The notes beneath the pieces were generated by a model that was not told the DNA's origin, did no database searches, and worked only from the letters and a program-made list of their open reading frames with translations. A DNA stretch of 64,000 nucleotides from Phormidium sp. (GTDB taxonomy: Bacteria; Cyanobacteriota; Cyanobacteriia; Cyanobacteriales; Aerosakkonemataceae). Positions within the stretch are counted from its first letter, which is position 1, and the number at the start of each line of letters is the position of its first letter. A program made the translations under genes and the position numbers. Where the stretch lies: contig CP143273.1 in NCBI GenBank assembly GCA_051013385.1, forward strand, positions 160,001 through 224,000. Reading direction: 5' to 3'. Shown here in pieces: positions 50,783 to 61,508 of this stretch.

Positions 50783-52210
50783 GTGATAGGAGTGTTAAAA
50801 ATGGATAGTGCAGAACCAATCAATAATGGTTCCGAGTCTCAGTCGGCTAATTTTCCATCAGAAACGGGGAAAACTTCTCCAGTTCAGCGATGGCAAATTT
50901 TAAAAAATGGTGCAGTAAAGCGAATTCAGTCAGCGGCGAAAAATCAAAGTTTTTTGTGGGGTTTAGCATTTGGTGTAACAACCGCTGTTGCTACTAGTTT
51001 AGGAATTACTTTCGGGATTTTTGCACCTTTACCTTTTGTCGCACCAGAACACCAAACGCGATCGCTAACTGATATTATCCAAAAATTCGCTGTTCATAAA
51101 ATGACGCGACCAGTTAACATTTTAGTCATGGGAGTCGATCGAGTTCCTGATGCACCGAAAGACTCACCTGCTGGTTTAAATGGTCGCAGCGATACATTAT
51201 TATTATTGCGTTTAGACCCCAGTGATAACTCGGTGAAAATGCTTTCTATTCCCCGCGATACTCATGTAGACAATCCCTTTTTAAGCATTGATAAAATTAA
51301 CCAAGCAAATGCTGATGGTGGTGCAGCTTTAGCCGCTGAAGTTGTTAGTAGCACTTTGGATGGGGTACAAATCGATCGCTATGTCAGAGTCACAACCGAA
51401 GCGTTCCGCCAATTAGTTGATTTAGTCGGTGGTGTAGAAGTTTTTGTGCCAATAAAAATGGACTACAAAGATGTAACTCAACGTTTAGAAATTAATTTAG
51501 AACCAGGTTTACAAACTCTCAATGGAGAACAAGCAGAACAATTTGCGAGATTCCGTCAATATGAAAATGGCGATATTGGTAGAGTACAAAGACAACAGTT
51601 ATTACTAAAAGCTGTCAGACAACGTTTAACAAATCCAAGTATTTTGCCTCGCTTACCCCAAATTATGTCAGTGATGAAAAACTATGTGGATACTAATATT
51701 AATTGGGAAGAAATGTTAGCCTTGGCAAAGTTTGGGCTAAACTTGCAACAAACTGATATAAAAATGGTAATGTTACCAGGTCGATTTAGTGAAATAGGAG
51801 AGTTTGGTGGCAGGAGTTATTGGGTAGTTGATGAGGAAAAGCGCGATCGGATCATGCAAGAGTATTTCGGTGTAGAAGTTAAGGAAATTGCCACAGAGAA
51901 TGATAATAATCCCGAAACTTCAGTTCGCATTGCCATTCAAAATGCCTCTGGTCAACCAAACATAAGTAATAGCGCCGCTCAATATTTAAGAAAATTAGGT
52001 TTCCGCAATATTTATGTAATCCGTGATTGGCCGGAAACCCAAACAACCACCCAAATTATCGTCCAAAAAGGTGATCTTAAAGCAGCAGAAAAATTACAAT
52101 CAGCTTTAGGAATAGGTAATATTGAACCTGCATCTATTGGAGATATTAAATCCGATTTAACCCTGCGTATTGGTGAAGATTGGACACCATCAACAGCAGC
52201 TAAATTTTAA
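50783..52210 (+). CDS. LCP (LytR-CpsA-Psr) family protein with LytR C-terminal domain
   Basis: RSDT, SIPRDT, FARFR, DIGRVQRQQ. Confidence 0.92.
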   Translation: MIGVLKMDSAEPINNGSESQSANFPSETGKTSPVQRWQILKNGAVKRIQSAAKNQSFLWGLAFGVTTAVATSLGITFGIFAPLPFVAPEHQTRSLTDIIQKFAVHKMTRPVNILVMGVDRVPDAPKDSPAGLNGRSDTLLLLRLDPSDNSVKMLSIPRDTHVDNPFLSIDKINQANADGGAALAAEVVSSTLDGVQIDRYVRVTTEAFRQLVDLVGGVEVFVPIKMDYKDVTQRLEINLEPGLQTLNGEQAEQFARFRQYENGDIGRVQRQQLLLKAVRQRLTNPSILPRLPQIMSVMKNYVDTNINWEEMLALAKFGLNLQQTDIKMVMLPGRFSEIGEFGGRSYWVVDEEKRDRIMQEYFGVEVKEIATENDNNPETSVRIAIQNASGQPNISNSAAQYLRKLGFRNIYVIRDWPETQTTTQIIVQKGDLKAAEKLQSALGIGNIEPASIGDIKSDLTLRIGEDWTPSTAAKF

Positions 52211-52219
52211 GTTCGTCAA

Positions 52220-52306
52220 GTTCGTTGTGACGACTAGCGCTAACGCGCCGCTACGCTAACAGTCGTTGCCTTATCAAATAATAGGACTAAAGTCCTCACA
52301 ACGAAC
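52220..52306. repeat. REP-like element with nested short insertion
   Basis: GTTCGTTGTGA...TCACAACGAAC arms; internal GCGCTAACGCGCCGCTACGCTAAC. Confidence 0.6.
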
Positions 52307-52314
52307 CAGTTTAA

Positions 52315-53394
52315 TCAACCACCATCGATCGACCAATGAGGCGGATCGTATCGCAAATGAATTACACCATAAGTAGCACCTACTTGCCAAAGAACAGTAT
52401 TTTGATAACTAGTACGAGGTGTGCCAATACTAACAATAGTTCCCTGAGCATTTTTCACATTTAATGTTCCTTCCCAAGTAATTTCCCAATCAATTGCATA
52501 ACCTTGAGTATGGCGAGAAGTTAACGCCACAGGATTAGTACCAATACCATAAGCATTTGCCATATCTCGCGCCGCTTGCACAGAAGCAGCATTTGTATAA
52601 TGCACCCAATCAATAGCTACGCCGGGATAAGAAGGCACATTTTGTGGTGCAATTTCTCCACGAGAAATCCTCGCGGAATAGTGCATTAAATAAGCTCTTT
52701 GTGGCGGTCGATAAACACTAGCAATTACTATTTTGGCACCTGCGGCCCGTAATGCTTGCTCAAATGCTTCGACTCTTTGGCGAAATGGTGAAACTAAATC
52801 AGCAATTGTATTTCTACCAGGAAAAAAGTTTACCCAATTAGCACCACTTAATTGTTGCCTTAATCTTCTTGCATATTCGGTAATATTATCTAAAGCTGCT
52901 GGCAAAGAAGCGCCTAATTTCTGTTTAGTTGCTGCCGAAAGAGTTTGTTCTAATCTAGGACGAAAATTGATATCTATCTTTTTGTAAGTTTCGCCTAATC
53001 CTTCTACACTCGTCGCCCCAAAATCACCATCAATTGCTAATGGCGGAACCAAAGATCCCATAACATTTAAACTTCGCTGCAAATCTCTAATTTCTGTTAT
53101 CCCAAAATTGAGATAACTTAAAATCATATTAGCCGTACGATTCGGGACAAAAAAGAGATATCCCTGTTCTAAAGCTTTGCGATAGGTTGTAGTATCTACC
53201 ACTCCATTTACAGGTAAATTATTTCTTTGCTGATAGTTGCGAGTGGCTGTATCCGTTACAACACCAAAAGAGCCATCAGCTGCCCCAATTGCAAAATTTT
53301 TGGACTGCAAAAATTGCTGCCAAGCGCTGACATAAAGCCCTGTCGATCCTTTTCTAATTGTTTCTAATTTTAGAACATTAATATTAAAAGCCAT
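52315..53394 (-). CDS. Peptidoglycan-binding protein with M15-like Zn peptidase domain
   Basis: ADGSFG..T..A...YQ PG-binding repeat; SRHTQGYAID and DPPHWS. Confidence 0.75.
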   Translation of the reverse strand: MAFNINVLKLETIRKGSTGLYVSAWQQFLQSKNFAIGAADGSFGVVTDTATRNYQQRNNLPVNGVVDTTTYRKALEQGYLFFVPNRTANMILSYLNFGITEIRDLQRSLNVMGSLVPPLAIDGDFGATSVEGLGETYKKIDINFRPRLEQTLSAATKQKLGASLPAALDNITEYARRLRQQLSGANWVNFFPGRNTIADLVSPFRQRVEAFEQALRAAGAKIVIASVYRPPQRAYLMHYSARISRGEIAPQNVPSYPGVAIDWVHYTNAASVQAARDMANAYGIGTNPVALTSRHTQGYAIDWEITWEGTLNVKNAQGTIVSIGTPRTSYQNTVLWQVGATYGVIHLRYDPPHWSIDGG

Positions 53395-53497
53395 AAATCA
53401 ACCTTACTAAATTATTGGATTTCCTCCCAAATTAGCATAAACACAGAATTTATTTGCCACTTCCTAAACGAGAAGACTTGGGAGGATAGCTTAATAG

Positions 53498-54484
53498 TTA
53501 TGCAGGAGGTAAAATCAATCTCTTGAGGACTAATTCTTGATTATCTAAAAATGGATTCATTTGGTTAAAATCGTATAATCCATTTTTAATATCCCCGGCA
53601 TATTGACGCATGAGAACTTTACAGGGTACTGGGGTAGCTACTCTGGCTTTGTCTTTATTCCAAGGGGAAATTAGAGCCTGATTAGTCCCGTAATTAGCCA
53701 CCCATAAACCATGACATTGTGCGCCAGCTTTCATGGCTGTACTCAGGTTTTTAGTAGTAGTACTATCTGCTGCATTCAGGTAAACAGCAGGCAAAAATCT
53801 GACCCTAGTACTACTTTTAATTACCGCAGTTGACCAGCCGATATAAAAAGCAGTAGATAAAGGATCTATTGGTTCCACGTCTAGGAAAAAATACAAGCCG
53901 TCTACTTCTATGGAAGCTAAGTAACTTTCTCCAAAAGTGTTTAAAACATCTCTGGCATGAAGGCTACCTAATTGTTCTCCTACTTGTTGAGTTTCATCTA
54001 CTCTATTAGTTTGGCGAGAGATGGGTAAAACTCTAATTCCGGCATTTCGGAGAGGTTGATTTTCCGTAGCCCGGAAGTATTCTCCAGGATTAAGATTACC
54101 TTGAAAATATCTGCCCCAAAAACGTGGCAGAGCACCCATTAGTTTCTGAGCTTCTGGAATCATAAAAGCTTGGACTCTTTGCAAACTATCAGCACCAGCA
54201 ATTCCTCTTAGAGTTAAGGAACTAGGCCACTCTGGTATCCAGCCAATTATTTTTTTGTGTTTATCAAGATTAGTCCAAGTAATTCTACCAACAATGCCAT
54301 CTACCTTTAGACCGATATTTTTTTGAAATCTGTTAACTTCTGCTAATGTTTGGGAGCCAAAATCTCCATCTAAATTTATTGGCCCATAGCCACATCCATT
54401 TAACTGATCTTGCAGAAATACCACCCAATCTCCTTTCATTCCTTGTTTAAGTAGGGGGCGGTTTTGGGGTTCAACTCTCAGCAT
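53498..54484 (-). CDS. Peptidoglycan-binding protein with DUF1906/GH25-like hydrolase domain
   Basis: DGDFG, DGIVG..TW; FWGRY, FLDVE, LWVANY, RQY. Confidence 0.75.
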   Translation of the reverse strand: MLRVEPQNRPLLKQGMKGDWVVFLQDQLNGCGYGPINLDGDFGSQTLAEVNRFQKNIGLKVDGIVGRITWTNLDKHKKIIGWIPEWPSSLTLRGIAGADSLQRVQAFMIPEAQKLMGALPRFWGRYFQGNLNPGEYFRATENQPLRNAGIRVLPISRQTNRVDETQQVGEQLGSLHARDVLNTFGESYLASIEVDGLYFFLDVEPIDPLSTAFYIGWSTAVIKSSTRVRFLPAVYLNAADSTTTKNLSTAMKAGAQCHGLWVANYGTNQALISPWNKDKARVATPVPCKVLMRQYAGDIKNGLYDFNQMNPFLDNQELVLKRLILPPA

Positions 54485-54952
54485 AAATTTTGTCCCACTA
54501 GAACTAAAAACAGTGTTGTCACGCTAAGTCCATATATCTTGTTTCTGCACTCATTTGAGTATACAGAATAATTGCTCGATTTTGTTACAAATATTCACTG
54601 AATAATACAGCCAAACTCTAGTTTTGTAAATAATTTAGCTAGGAAGAATTTACAGTTTCTCAGAGTTTTAGGGGTGTGGTATGACACCCTACAGTCTATA
54701 TTTTTCTGGAGCATTGTTGATTAGTTAGTAAAATTTTTAGCATTAATATGCTGATAAAAGGCAATACAAACAGGTATTTAATGCAGAGGAAGTCTATTGT
54801 GCAAGTGTTTTTGTTGAACAGTTTCCTTAGAGGATTTAATGTATTTTTAGATACTAAAGTTTACTTAACTTCGCAAACTGAGGAACTGAGTAAATGCGGT
54901 CAGTACACTAAAATAAAGCTTTAATTGTCTCTCAAGTTCAGTCTAAACTAAG

Positions 54953-55858
54953 GTGGAAATATTTGATAAAGCAATGCTGTTAACTCGATTTTTCCGGTTT
55001 TTTAAGTACCTTAACTTTGCTGTTGTGCAGGAAGTCCTAAAGCGCACTTTCAGCCAGAGATTACCAGGTTTAGCTGCTGAAATGACTTATCACCTGATGC
55101 TGTCTTTGTTTCCAGCGATTATGGCATTTCTAGCGGCAATTGGTTTATTTAATCCCTTAAAAATTACTTTTGAAACTCTGTTAATTAGAATGACGAAAGT
55201 CGTACCAGATGAAGTAGCATTTCTCATTGGTGGTTTTATTCAAGAATTGCTGAAAACTGAAAGTCAATCATTGTTTTCTCTCAGTTTTTTCTTTTGGATT
55301 TGGTCGGCTTCTGCTGGAATGAGTGCGGGAATGTATGCGCTGGATAAAATACAGCGAATTCCTCAAGAAGAGATGCGACCTTTCTGGAAAGCTAGATTAG
55401 TTTCTATAATACTAACAATAGCAACTATGTTCTTATTGATTAGTGCTTTAGCGTTAGTATTTATTACTGATTTTTTCGTGAATTTTGCTGCTAGTCAAAA
55501 TACCTTGATGAGATTTGATATTTTAAGATTTTGGCAACGCTTAAGTTTACCTCTGGCTTTAGGAATTGCGGCGTTAACGATCGCTTTTATTTACCGTTTT
55601 GGCTCTAGTCGTTGGATTGCGGGAACTCCCATTTTACCAGGGGCAATTCTTGCTACATTAGCATGGGCAATTCTGTCTCAAGGGTTTAAAATTTATGTCT
55701 CTAGTTATGGAAATTTTAATCGAGTTTATGGTGCTGTGGGCGGTTTTATAGTGCTACAGTTGTGGATTTATCTCAGTTGTTTGGTGTTGCTAATTGGGAA
55801 CGAGTTCAATATTATTGTTGGCGAAGCAATGCAGCGACGAAAAGTGTTAAAAATGTAA
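54953..55858 (+). CDS. YihY/BrkB family membrane protein
   Basis: AAEMTY...SLFP; YGAVGGFIVLQLWIY. Confidence 0.9.
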   Translation: MEIFDKAMLLTRFFRFFKYLNFAVVQEVLKRTFSQRLPGLAAEMTYHLMLSLFPAIMAFLAAIGLFNPLKITFETLLIRMTKVVPDEVAFLIGGFIQELLKTESQSLFSLSFFFWIWSASAGMSAGMYALDKIQRIPQEEMRPFWKARLVSIILTIATMFLLISALALVFITDFFVNFAASQNTLMRFDILRFWQRLSLPLALGIAALTIAFIYRFGSSRWIAGTPILPGAILATLAWAILSQGFKIYVSSYGNFNRVYGAVGGFIVLQLWIYLSCLVLLIGNEFNIIVGEAMQRRKVLKM

Positions 55859-55962
55859 ATTTGCTTGGTTTCTGGTAAGTAGCGATCGGGAATTAAAATA
55901 AGGTATGTACGTTGTTGCGCTGTCTTCGCTAATAAGAGCGCTGAAGCGCAACAACGTACTTG

Positions 55963-58587
55963 CTAGATCATGGCGGGTTGTTTGAGTAAGTTGAGGGCGC
56001 GATCGACTTTATCGGGCAAAATTACGACTAAACTATTTTCGGTAGCTTTGAGTAAAGCTGTTTCGATCGCTGTTTGTTCATCCAAAATAATTTCGTAGGA
56101 AAAATCAGGCTTTTCTTGTTTAATTCCTTCCGCAATTAAAGCCGCAACTTGCCCTCGATTACGACCGCGATTATCCTGATCTTCCTTGATAATAACTCGG
56201 TCGAAAATTTGGGCAGCTAATTCACCTAATTTCCGCAAATCTTGGTCGCGGCGATCGCCTGGAGCACCAATTACACCGATGCGTTCTCCTGTTGACCAAT
56301 TGCTCACAAATTGACCTAAAGCTTGATAGCCAGCAGGGTTATGAGCATAATCTAATAAAATGTGGAAATTTGCCCAATTAATTAAATTCATTCTTCCGGG
56401 AGTTTGTTCCACAGAAGCGCGGAAAGTTCGTAAAGCGGTGCTAATATCTTCCACTCTCACGCCTTGCACATAAGCAGCAAGGGAAGCAGCTAAAGCATTT
56501 GCAATCATGAAAGGTGCTTTTCCGCCCAAAGTTAAAGGAATATTTACCGCTTGTTCCACTTGAATTACATCTTCGCCGGAAAGGAAACATAAGTAACCAT
56601 TTTCATAAACTGCGGCGACTCCACCATTTTTGATATGTTCCCAAACTACTGGATTCCAACGATCCATTGAAAAGTAAGTTACTTTCGCTTTTAGGCGATC
56701 GCTTTTTGCCATTGCTGCTACTAATGGATCGTCAGCATTTAACACTACAAAACCATTAGGATTAGTTGCTTCCGCAATCACACTTTTAACATGAGCCATG
56801 TCTTCTAAAGTGTTAATATTGTGCAATCCCAAATGGTCTTCAGAAACATTCAAAACTACGCCAACATCACATTGAGAAAATGCTAAACCCGACCGGAGAA
56901 TGCCGCCTCTAGCTGTTTCTAAAACTGCTATTTCTACGGAGGGATCTTGTAATATTAATTGGGCGCTTTGTGGGCCTGTATTATCTCCTGGTTCTGCTAA
57001 AAAATCACCAATGTAAGTGCCGTCTGTGGTGGTGTAACCAACGGTTTTTTTGGTTTGGCGCAAAATGTGAGCAATTAAGCGAGTTGTGGTGGTTTTGCCG
57101 TTAGTTCCTGTGACTGCGACAATGGGGATTTGATGGGGGCGATCGAGCGGATATAACATATCCAAAATTGGTGCAGCAACGTTGCGCGGTGTGCCTTCGC
57201 TTGGTTGCAAGTGCATTCTTAATCCCGGCGCAGCATTGACTTCGACAATTACGCCGTCTACTTCGGTTAATGGGCGAGAAATATCTGGGGAACTAATATC
57301 AATTCCGGCAATATCTAAACCAATAATTCTAGCTGCTCTTTGGGCGAGCCAAATATTTTGGGGGTGAATTTCTTCGGTGCGATCGATCGCAGTTCCCCCA
57401 GTACTCAAGTTGGCAGTTGCTTTTAAATAGCAGATTTCTCCCTTTTCCAGAATGCTATTTAAAGTTAATTTTTGTTGGGCTAAAAGTTGTTCACTATGTT
57501 CGTCAATTGTAATCCGAGTCAGGATATTTTCATGCCCATCACCCCGACGCGGATCTTTGTTAACCTGTGCGATTAATTCGGCAATTGTCGATCTACCATT
57601 TCCGATGACATGGGCGGGTACTCTTTCCGCTACGGCGACAACTTTGCCGTTAATTACTAATACGCGAAAATCCCGTCCTTTGTAATATTTCTCCACCAAA
57701 ACTCCGCCAGATTTAGATTCGCTTTTTGCCAAATCATAAGCGTCTTCAGCATCACGCCAAGAGTTAATATTTAAAGTGATTCCTCTGCCATGATTGCCAT
57801 CTAAAGGTTTAATTACAATGGGAAAACCAATTTCCTCAATGGCATTTTGTAATTGACGAAAACGGTAAATTACTTTGCCTTTGGGAACAGGTAAATTCGC
57901 TTCCCGCAACATAGTAATTGTACCTTCTTTGTCGCAAGCGAGTTCAGTTCCTAACAAACTGGTGTTGCTAGTTTGAGCGGCAACAATCCGCCGTTGATGA
58001 ATGCCGTAGCCTAATTGAACAATACCTCTGGCTGGTAATTCTGTCCAAGGAATTTTCCGGGCTTCGGCTTCTTTCAGAATAGCTTCAGTGGTTAAACCAA
58101 GGGAATTTTCTGCTTTTAATTTTCTTAAATCTGCTAAATCTAGTTTTAGTTCTTTTTCGGGATAGTAAGCGCGATCGATAATATTTTCGACTAATCTTAA
58201 TGCGGCTTTTGCGGCATAACGACCTGCGGCTTCTTGGCGATATTCAAATATTACGCGATAAACTCCTGGTTTGGATGTGGAACGGGCACGACCGAATTTA
58301 ACCCGCATTCCGGCTAAGGTTTGTAATTCTAAGGCGACGTGCTCTATAACGTGCCCCATTAATGTGCCTTGTTTAACTCGTTTGAGGAAACCTCCGCGAT
58401 GTCCCGGTGAGCAAAAGTGTTCTTCTAAACTGGGTAAAATTTGAACTAATCCTTCATAAAATTCGGGAATCTCGTTAGAATAAATTTCGTTCATTTCTTC
58501 GAGATCCAGCCACATTTCAATTAATTTATGACGATTAATGCTCCAGTAGTTTGGCCCTCTTAGTGTTTGCAGTTTAATGATTTTCAT
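55963..58587 (-). CDS. cphA: Cyanophycin synthetase (CphA1 type)
   Basis: LRGPNYWS, C-x19-HxxEH, ATP-grasp, GTNGKTT, DYAHNP. Confidence 0.96.
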   Translation of the reverse strand: MKIIKLQTLRGPNYWSINRHKLIEMWLDLEEMNEIYSNEIPEFYEGLVQILPSLEEHFCSPGHRGGFLKRVKQGTLMGHVIEHVALELQTLAGMRVKFGRARSTSKPGVYRVIFEYRQEAAGRYAAKAALRLVENIIDRAYYPEKELKLDLADLRKLKAENSLGLTTEAILKEAEARKIPWTELPARGIVQLGYGIHQRRIVAAQTSNTSLLGTELACDKEGTITMLREANLPVPKGKVIYRFRQLQNAIEEIGFPIVIKPLDGNHGRGITLNINSWRDAEDAYDLAKSESKSGGVLVEKYYKGRDFRVLVINGKVVAVAERVPAHVIGNGRSTIAELIAQVNKDPRRGDGHENILTRITIDEHSEQLLAQQKLTLNSILEKGEICYLKATANLSTGGTAIDRTEEIHPQNIWLAQRAARIIGLDIAGIDISSPDISRPLTEVDGVIVEVNAAPGLRMHLQPSEGTPRNVAAPILDMLYPLDRPHQIPIVAVTGTNGKTTTTRLIAHILRQTKKTVGYTTTDGTYIGDFLAEPGDNTGPQSAQLILQDPSVEIAVLETARGGILRSGLAFSQCDVGVVLNVSEDHLGLHNINTLEDMAHVKSVIAEATNPNGFVVLNADDPLVAAMAKSDRLKAKVTYFSMDRWNPVVWEHIKNGGVAAVYENGYLCFLSGEDVIQVEQAVNIPLTLGGKAPFMIANALAASLAAYVQGVRVEDISTALRTFRASVEQTPGRMNLINWANFHILLDYAHNPAGYQALGQFVSNWSTGERIGVIGAPGDRRDQDLRKLGELAAQIFDRVIIKEDQDNRGRNRGQVAALIAEGIKQEKPDFSYEIILDEQTAIETALLKATENSLVVILPDKVDRALNLLKQPAMI

Positions 58588-58692
58588 ACTTTGCTCAAAC
58601 TCGCTTGCTTATTATTACTTAAGCTTCCTCAATTTTGCTGGTTGTCGTCGTCCTACAATAGGATCGCCCGATCGGGTGATTTGGGTAATTCC

Positions 58693-58725
58693 AGATCCCC
58701 GACTTCTTCAAGAAGTCGGGGATCT
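58693..58725. repeat. Perfect palindrome
   Basis: AGATCCCCGACTTCTT-C-AAGAAGTCGGGGATCT. Confidence 0.85.
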
Positions 58726-58733
58726 CAGGGGTG

Positions 58734-58931
58734 TTAGTCGTCAGGAAATTGCCAGCAAAGAATATGTTCAACTTCTGTACTTCCACAACTACAGTTTTCC
58801 CAAGTGGATGCTACCCATTCTTTGTCACATTGGCGACAGTGGCAGAGAATATTATGCAGGTTGGCAATAGTAATTTTCATCTGCCATTCTTGGAGTTCAT
58901 CTGGGGTTAATTGGGGATTATTTTCTGGCAT
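58734..58931 (-). CDS. Small Cys-rich (Zn-ribbon-like) protein
   Basis: CHCRQC...CSCGS...CWQFPDD; starts 1 nt after the cyclase stop. Confidence 0.75.
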   Translation of the reverse strand: MPENNPQLTPDELQEWQMKITIANLHNILCHCRQCDKEWVASTWENCSCGSTEVEHILCWQFPDD

Positions 58932-58932
58932 T

Positions 58933-60897
58933 TTAAATTCTCCCTGTTAAGAAATAGGTGAGCATTTCTCCTTTACCTTTGATTTCTATATGTCCGCGTT
59001 GTTCAAATAAGTAGCGATCGCGCAAATATTGATAGGTTGCTTCTGTTATTTGAATTTTTCCTGGCAATCCATGAGATTCCATGCGACTAGCAATATTAAC
59101 TGTATCACCCCACAAATCATAAGTGAATTTTTTCGTCCCTATTACGCCAGCAACCACATCGCCGCTATTAATGCCAATTCGCATACTTAAAGAGTTGTTG
59201 GTTTCTTCATTATATTGAGCAATTGATGCTTGCATATCGAGCGCCATTTCTGCGATCGCGATCGCGTGATCTTCCCGCGATTTTGGCAACCCTGCTACTA
59301 CCATATAAGCGTCGCCAATTGTTTTTATTTTTTCCAAATTATGTTTTTCTGCTAATTGATCGAATTCCGAAAAAATTTCATTTAATATTTCTACCAGTTC
59401 CGTTGCCGATACTCTCGAAGAAAGCTTTGTAAACCCAACAATATCAGCAAACATTACGCTAACTTCACTAAAATAATCAGCAATAGTGCTGGGGTGACGT
59501 TTTAATCTTTGGGCAATTTTATACGGTAAAATATTCAGCAACAAATGTTCGGTTTGCTCTTGTTCATGGCGCAGTGCCAATTCTGCTCTTTCCCGTTGCA
59601 TAAATTGTCCAATTTGATTGCCAATAGTTACCATTGTTTGTAATAAGTGGTCGTCACATTCTTGACGCTGGCAGCTAAAAAAACACATCACTCCTAAAAC
59701 TTCCTTTTCATGAAGAATCGGAAATGCAAAAGCGCTAGATAGTCCATAATTGACTGCAAGTTGCGATCGCACAAAGTTAGCATCATTAACTAAATCACTG
59801 CTCCATTGAGGAACACCTGTTTGCCAAACTTTTCCCGGTAAACCCTCACCTAATTGAAAATATGTTTGCTTAGTTACTTCTATAAATTCGGCAAATTTTA
59901 GGTATGGTTTAAACCAAATTTCTAAACATTCTAATTGAGACTTTTCATTCTTTATTTCTGGTAGCCAAAATTCGCCTATATCCCAACTTAAAGTTTCACA
60001 TACTGAGAGGATAATTTTTGGTAATGCTTGCTTAAGATTGTTAGAATTTGAAAGGTAACGACTGATAAAATACTGTGCAAATAAACGTTTTTCTATCCGC
60101 CTTCTTTCTTGTTCAATTATTTGTTTTTCGGTAATATCTCTACCAATATATAAAAAATCTTGAATTCCTGGTATTTCTGTGGGAATACTAGAGCAAGAAA
60201 AGGCTACATTAAGTTGTTTTCCCGTTTTACTATGACAAATTAATTCTATATCTGACAAGCATTCACCTGTAGATAATACGGCTTCGTTAATTATTTTTAG
60301 TTGACCTTCACGCTCGCTAATAATAATAGATATATGTTGGTTAATTAAATCGGTTTCACTATATTCAAATAAATTTTCAGATGCTTTATTTATAGTTTTA
60401 ATTTTTCCAGCTTGGTTAGTAACTATTAAAGCATCTGCCATTGAACCGATAATTTTATCGATGTATTGGTTAGAAGCGGATAGCTTACTGAATAACAGTT
60501 CTAATTCATTGTTTCTTTGTATTAAAGTTTGCTCTAGGAGCATTTTTTCCGTAACATTTTCTAATATTATGAGTAATTGATTAGTCATAATCTCATCGTT
60601 CTTGATAATATAAATGTCAATGTATAAAATTGAATTAGAGCTAGTTAAACGCGCAATACCTTTGTAATCAAAATACTGGCGATCGCCTTGTAAAATTTCT
60701 CTAAGTATGTCTTCTACTCCGACTAATTCGGGGAAAACTTCACTAACATCTTTATTCAAAATTACTTCTGAATCAAATTCGGTAAATTTTTGCACTCCCG
60801 CTGATATTTCGACTACTTTAAAATTTTCGTCTATTAGTAAATAGTCTATAGATGCCAATTTTTTTTGAAAAATCTGCTCAATTTTTGATGGTTTCAT
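58933..60897 (-). CDS. Class III adenylate cyclase with PAS and GAF domains
   Basis: FADIVGFT, KIKTIGDAYM, YDLWGDTVNIASRMES. Confidence 0.93.
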   Translation of the reverse strand: MKPSKIEQIFQKKLASIDYLLIDENFKVVEISAGVQKFTEFDSEVILNKDVSEVFPELVGVEDILREILQGDRQYFDYKGIARLTSSNSILYIDIYIIKNDEIMTNQLLIILENVTEKMLLEQTLIQRNNELELLFSKLSASNQYIDKIIGSMADALIVTNQAGKIKTINKASENLFEYSETDLINQHISIIISEREGQLKIINEAVLSTGECLSDIELICHSKTGKQLNVAFSCSSIPTEIPGIQDFLYIGRDITEKQIIEQERRRIEKRLFAQYFISRYLSNSNNLKQALPKIILSVCETLSWDIGEFWLPEIKNEKSQLECLEIWFKPYLKFAEFIEVTKQTYFQLGEGLPGKVWQTGVPQWSSDLVNDANFVRSQLAVNYGLSSAFAFPILHEKEVLGVMCFFSCQRQECDDHLLQTMVTIGNQIGQFMQRERAELALRHEQEQTEHLLLNILPYKIAQRLKRHPSTIADYFSEVSVMFADIVGFTKLSSRVSATELVEILNEIFSEFDQLAEKHNLEKIKTIGDAYMVVAGLPKSREDHAIAIAEMALDMQASIAQYNEETNNSLSMRIGINSGDVVAGVIGTKKFTYDLWGDTVNIASRMESHGLPGKIQITEATYQYLRDRYLFEQRGHIEIKGKGEMLTYFLTGRI

Positions 60898-60972
60898 AGT
60901 GTAATTCCTGAATATTTACATGAGCATAAAACTCTGGATAATATTTTTCTCTTTGTTTAACTAGCTGATAGT

Positions 60973-61506
60973 TTATTCGGGATAAATTATTTTGTGAGCT
61001 AGTTTTTCAAAGATGAGATCGACATCTTTACCTGTTTTTGCGGAAGTGGCATAAGTAGATAAGACTCGCACCTGTTCGCTAAAGTCATAAGTAGTAAGTA
61101 ATTTCTCCATTTTCTCCTCATCCAATAGGTCTGATTTATTAAAAGCAATGATAATAAATCCTTTCGGGTTTATTGACAAAAATAGATTTAAATGTTCCGT
61201 TAACCGATCGACTGTTTCTTGGCGGGTAACATCTGCAACTAAAATTGCGCCGCTAGCTCCTTGTAAATAGGATGGTGCGATCGCTTTAAATTTAGTATGA
61301 CCTTCTAAATCCCAAATCATCAATTGTAAATTTTCCACTTTCTGTTCTGGACTTTTGGCTAATTCAATAGTTTTCCGAGAAATTTTCACCCCCACAGTTG
61401 AAAGATATTGATCGCTAAATTCCCGTTCGACAAACCGCCGAATCAAGCTGGTTTTTCCAACCCCAAAATCACCCACTAAACAAATTTTCTTCGAGATGGT
61501 AGACAT
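60973..61506 (-). CDS. Rab-like small GTPase
   Basis: GDFGVGKTS, STVGV, WDLEG, NKSD, TSAK. Confidence 0.93.
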   Translation of the reverse strand: MSTISKKICLVGDFGVGKTSLIRRFVEREFSDQYLSTVGVKISRKTIELAKSPEQKVENLQLMIWDLEGHTKFKAIAPSYLQGASGAILVADVTRQETVDRLTEHLNLFLSINPKGFIIIAFNKSDLLDEEKMEKLLTTYDFSEQVRVLSTYATSAKTGKDVDLIFEKLAHKIIYPE

Positions 61507-61508
61507 AG

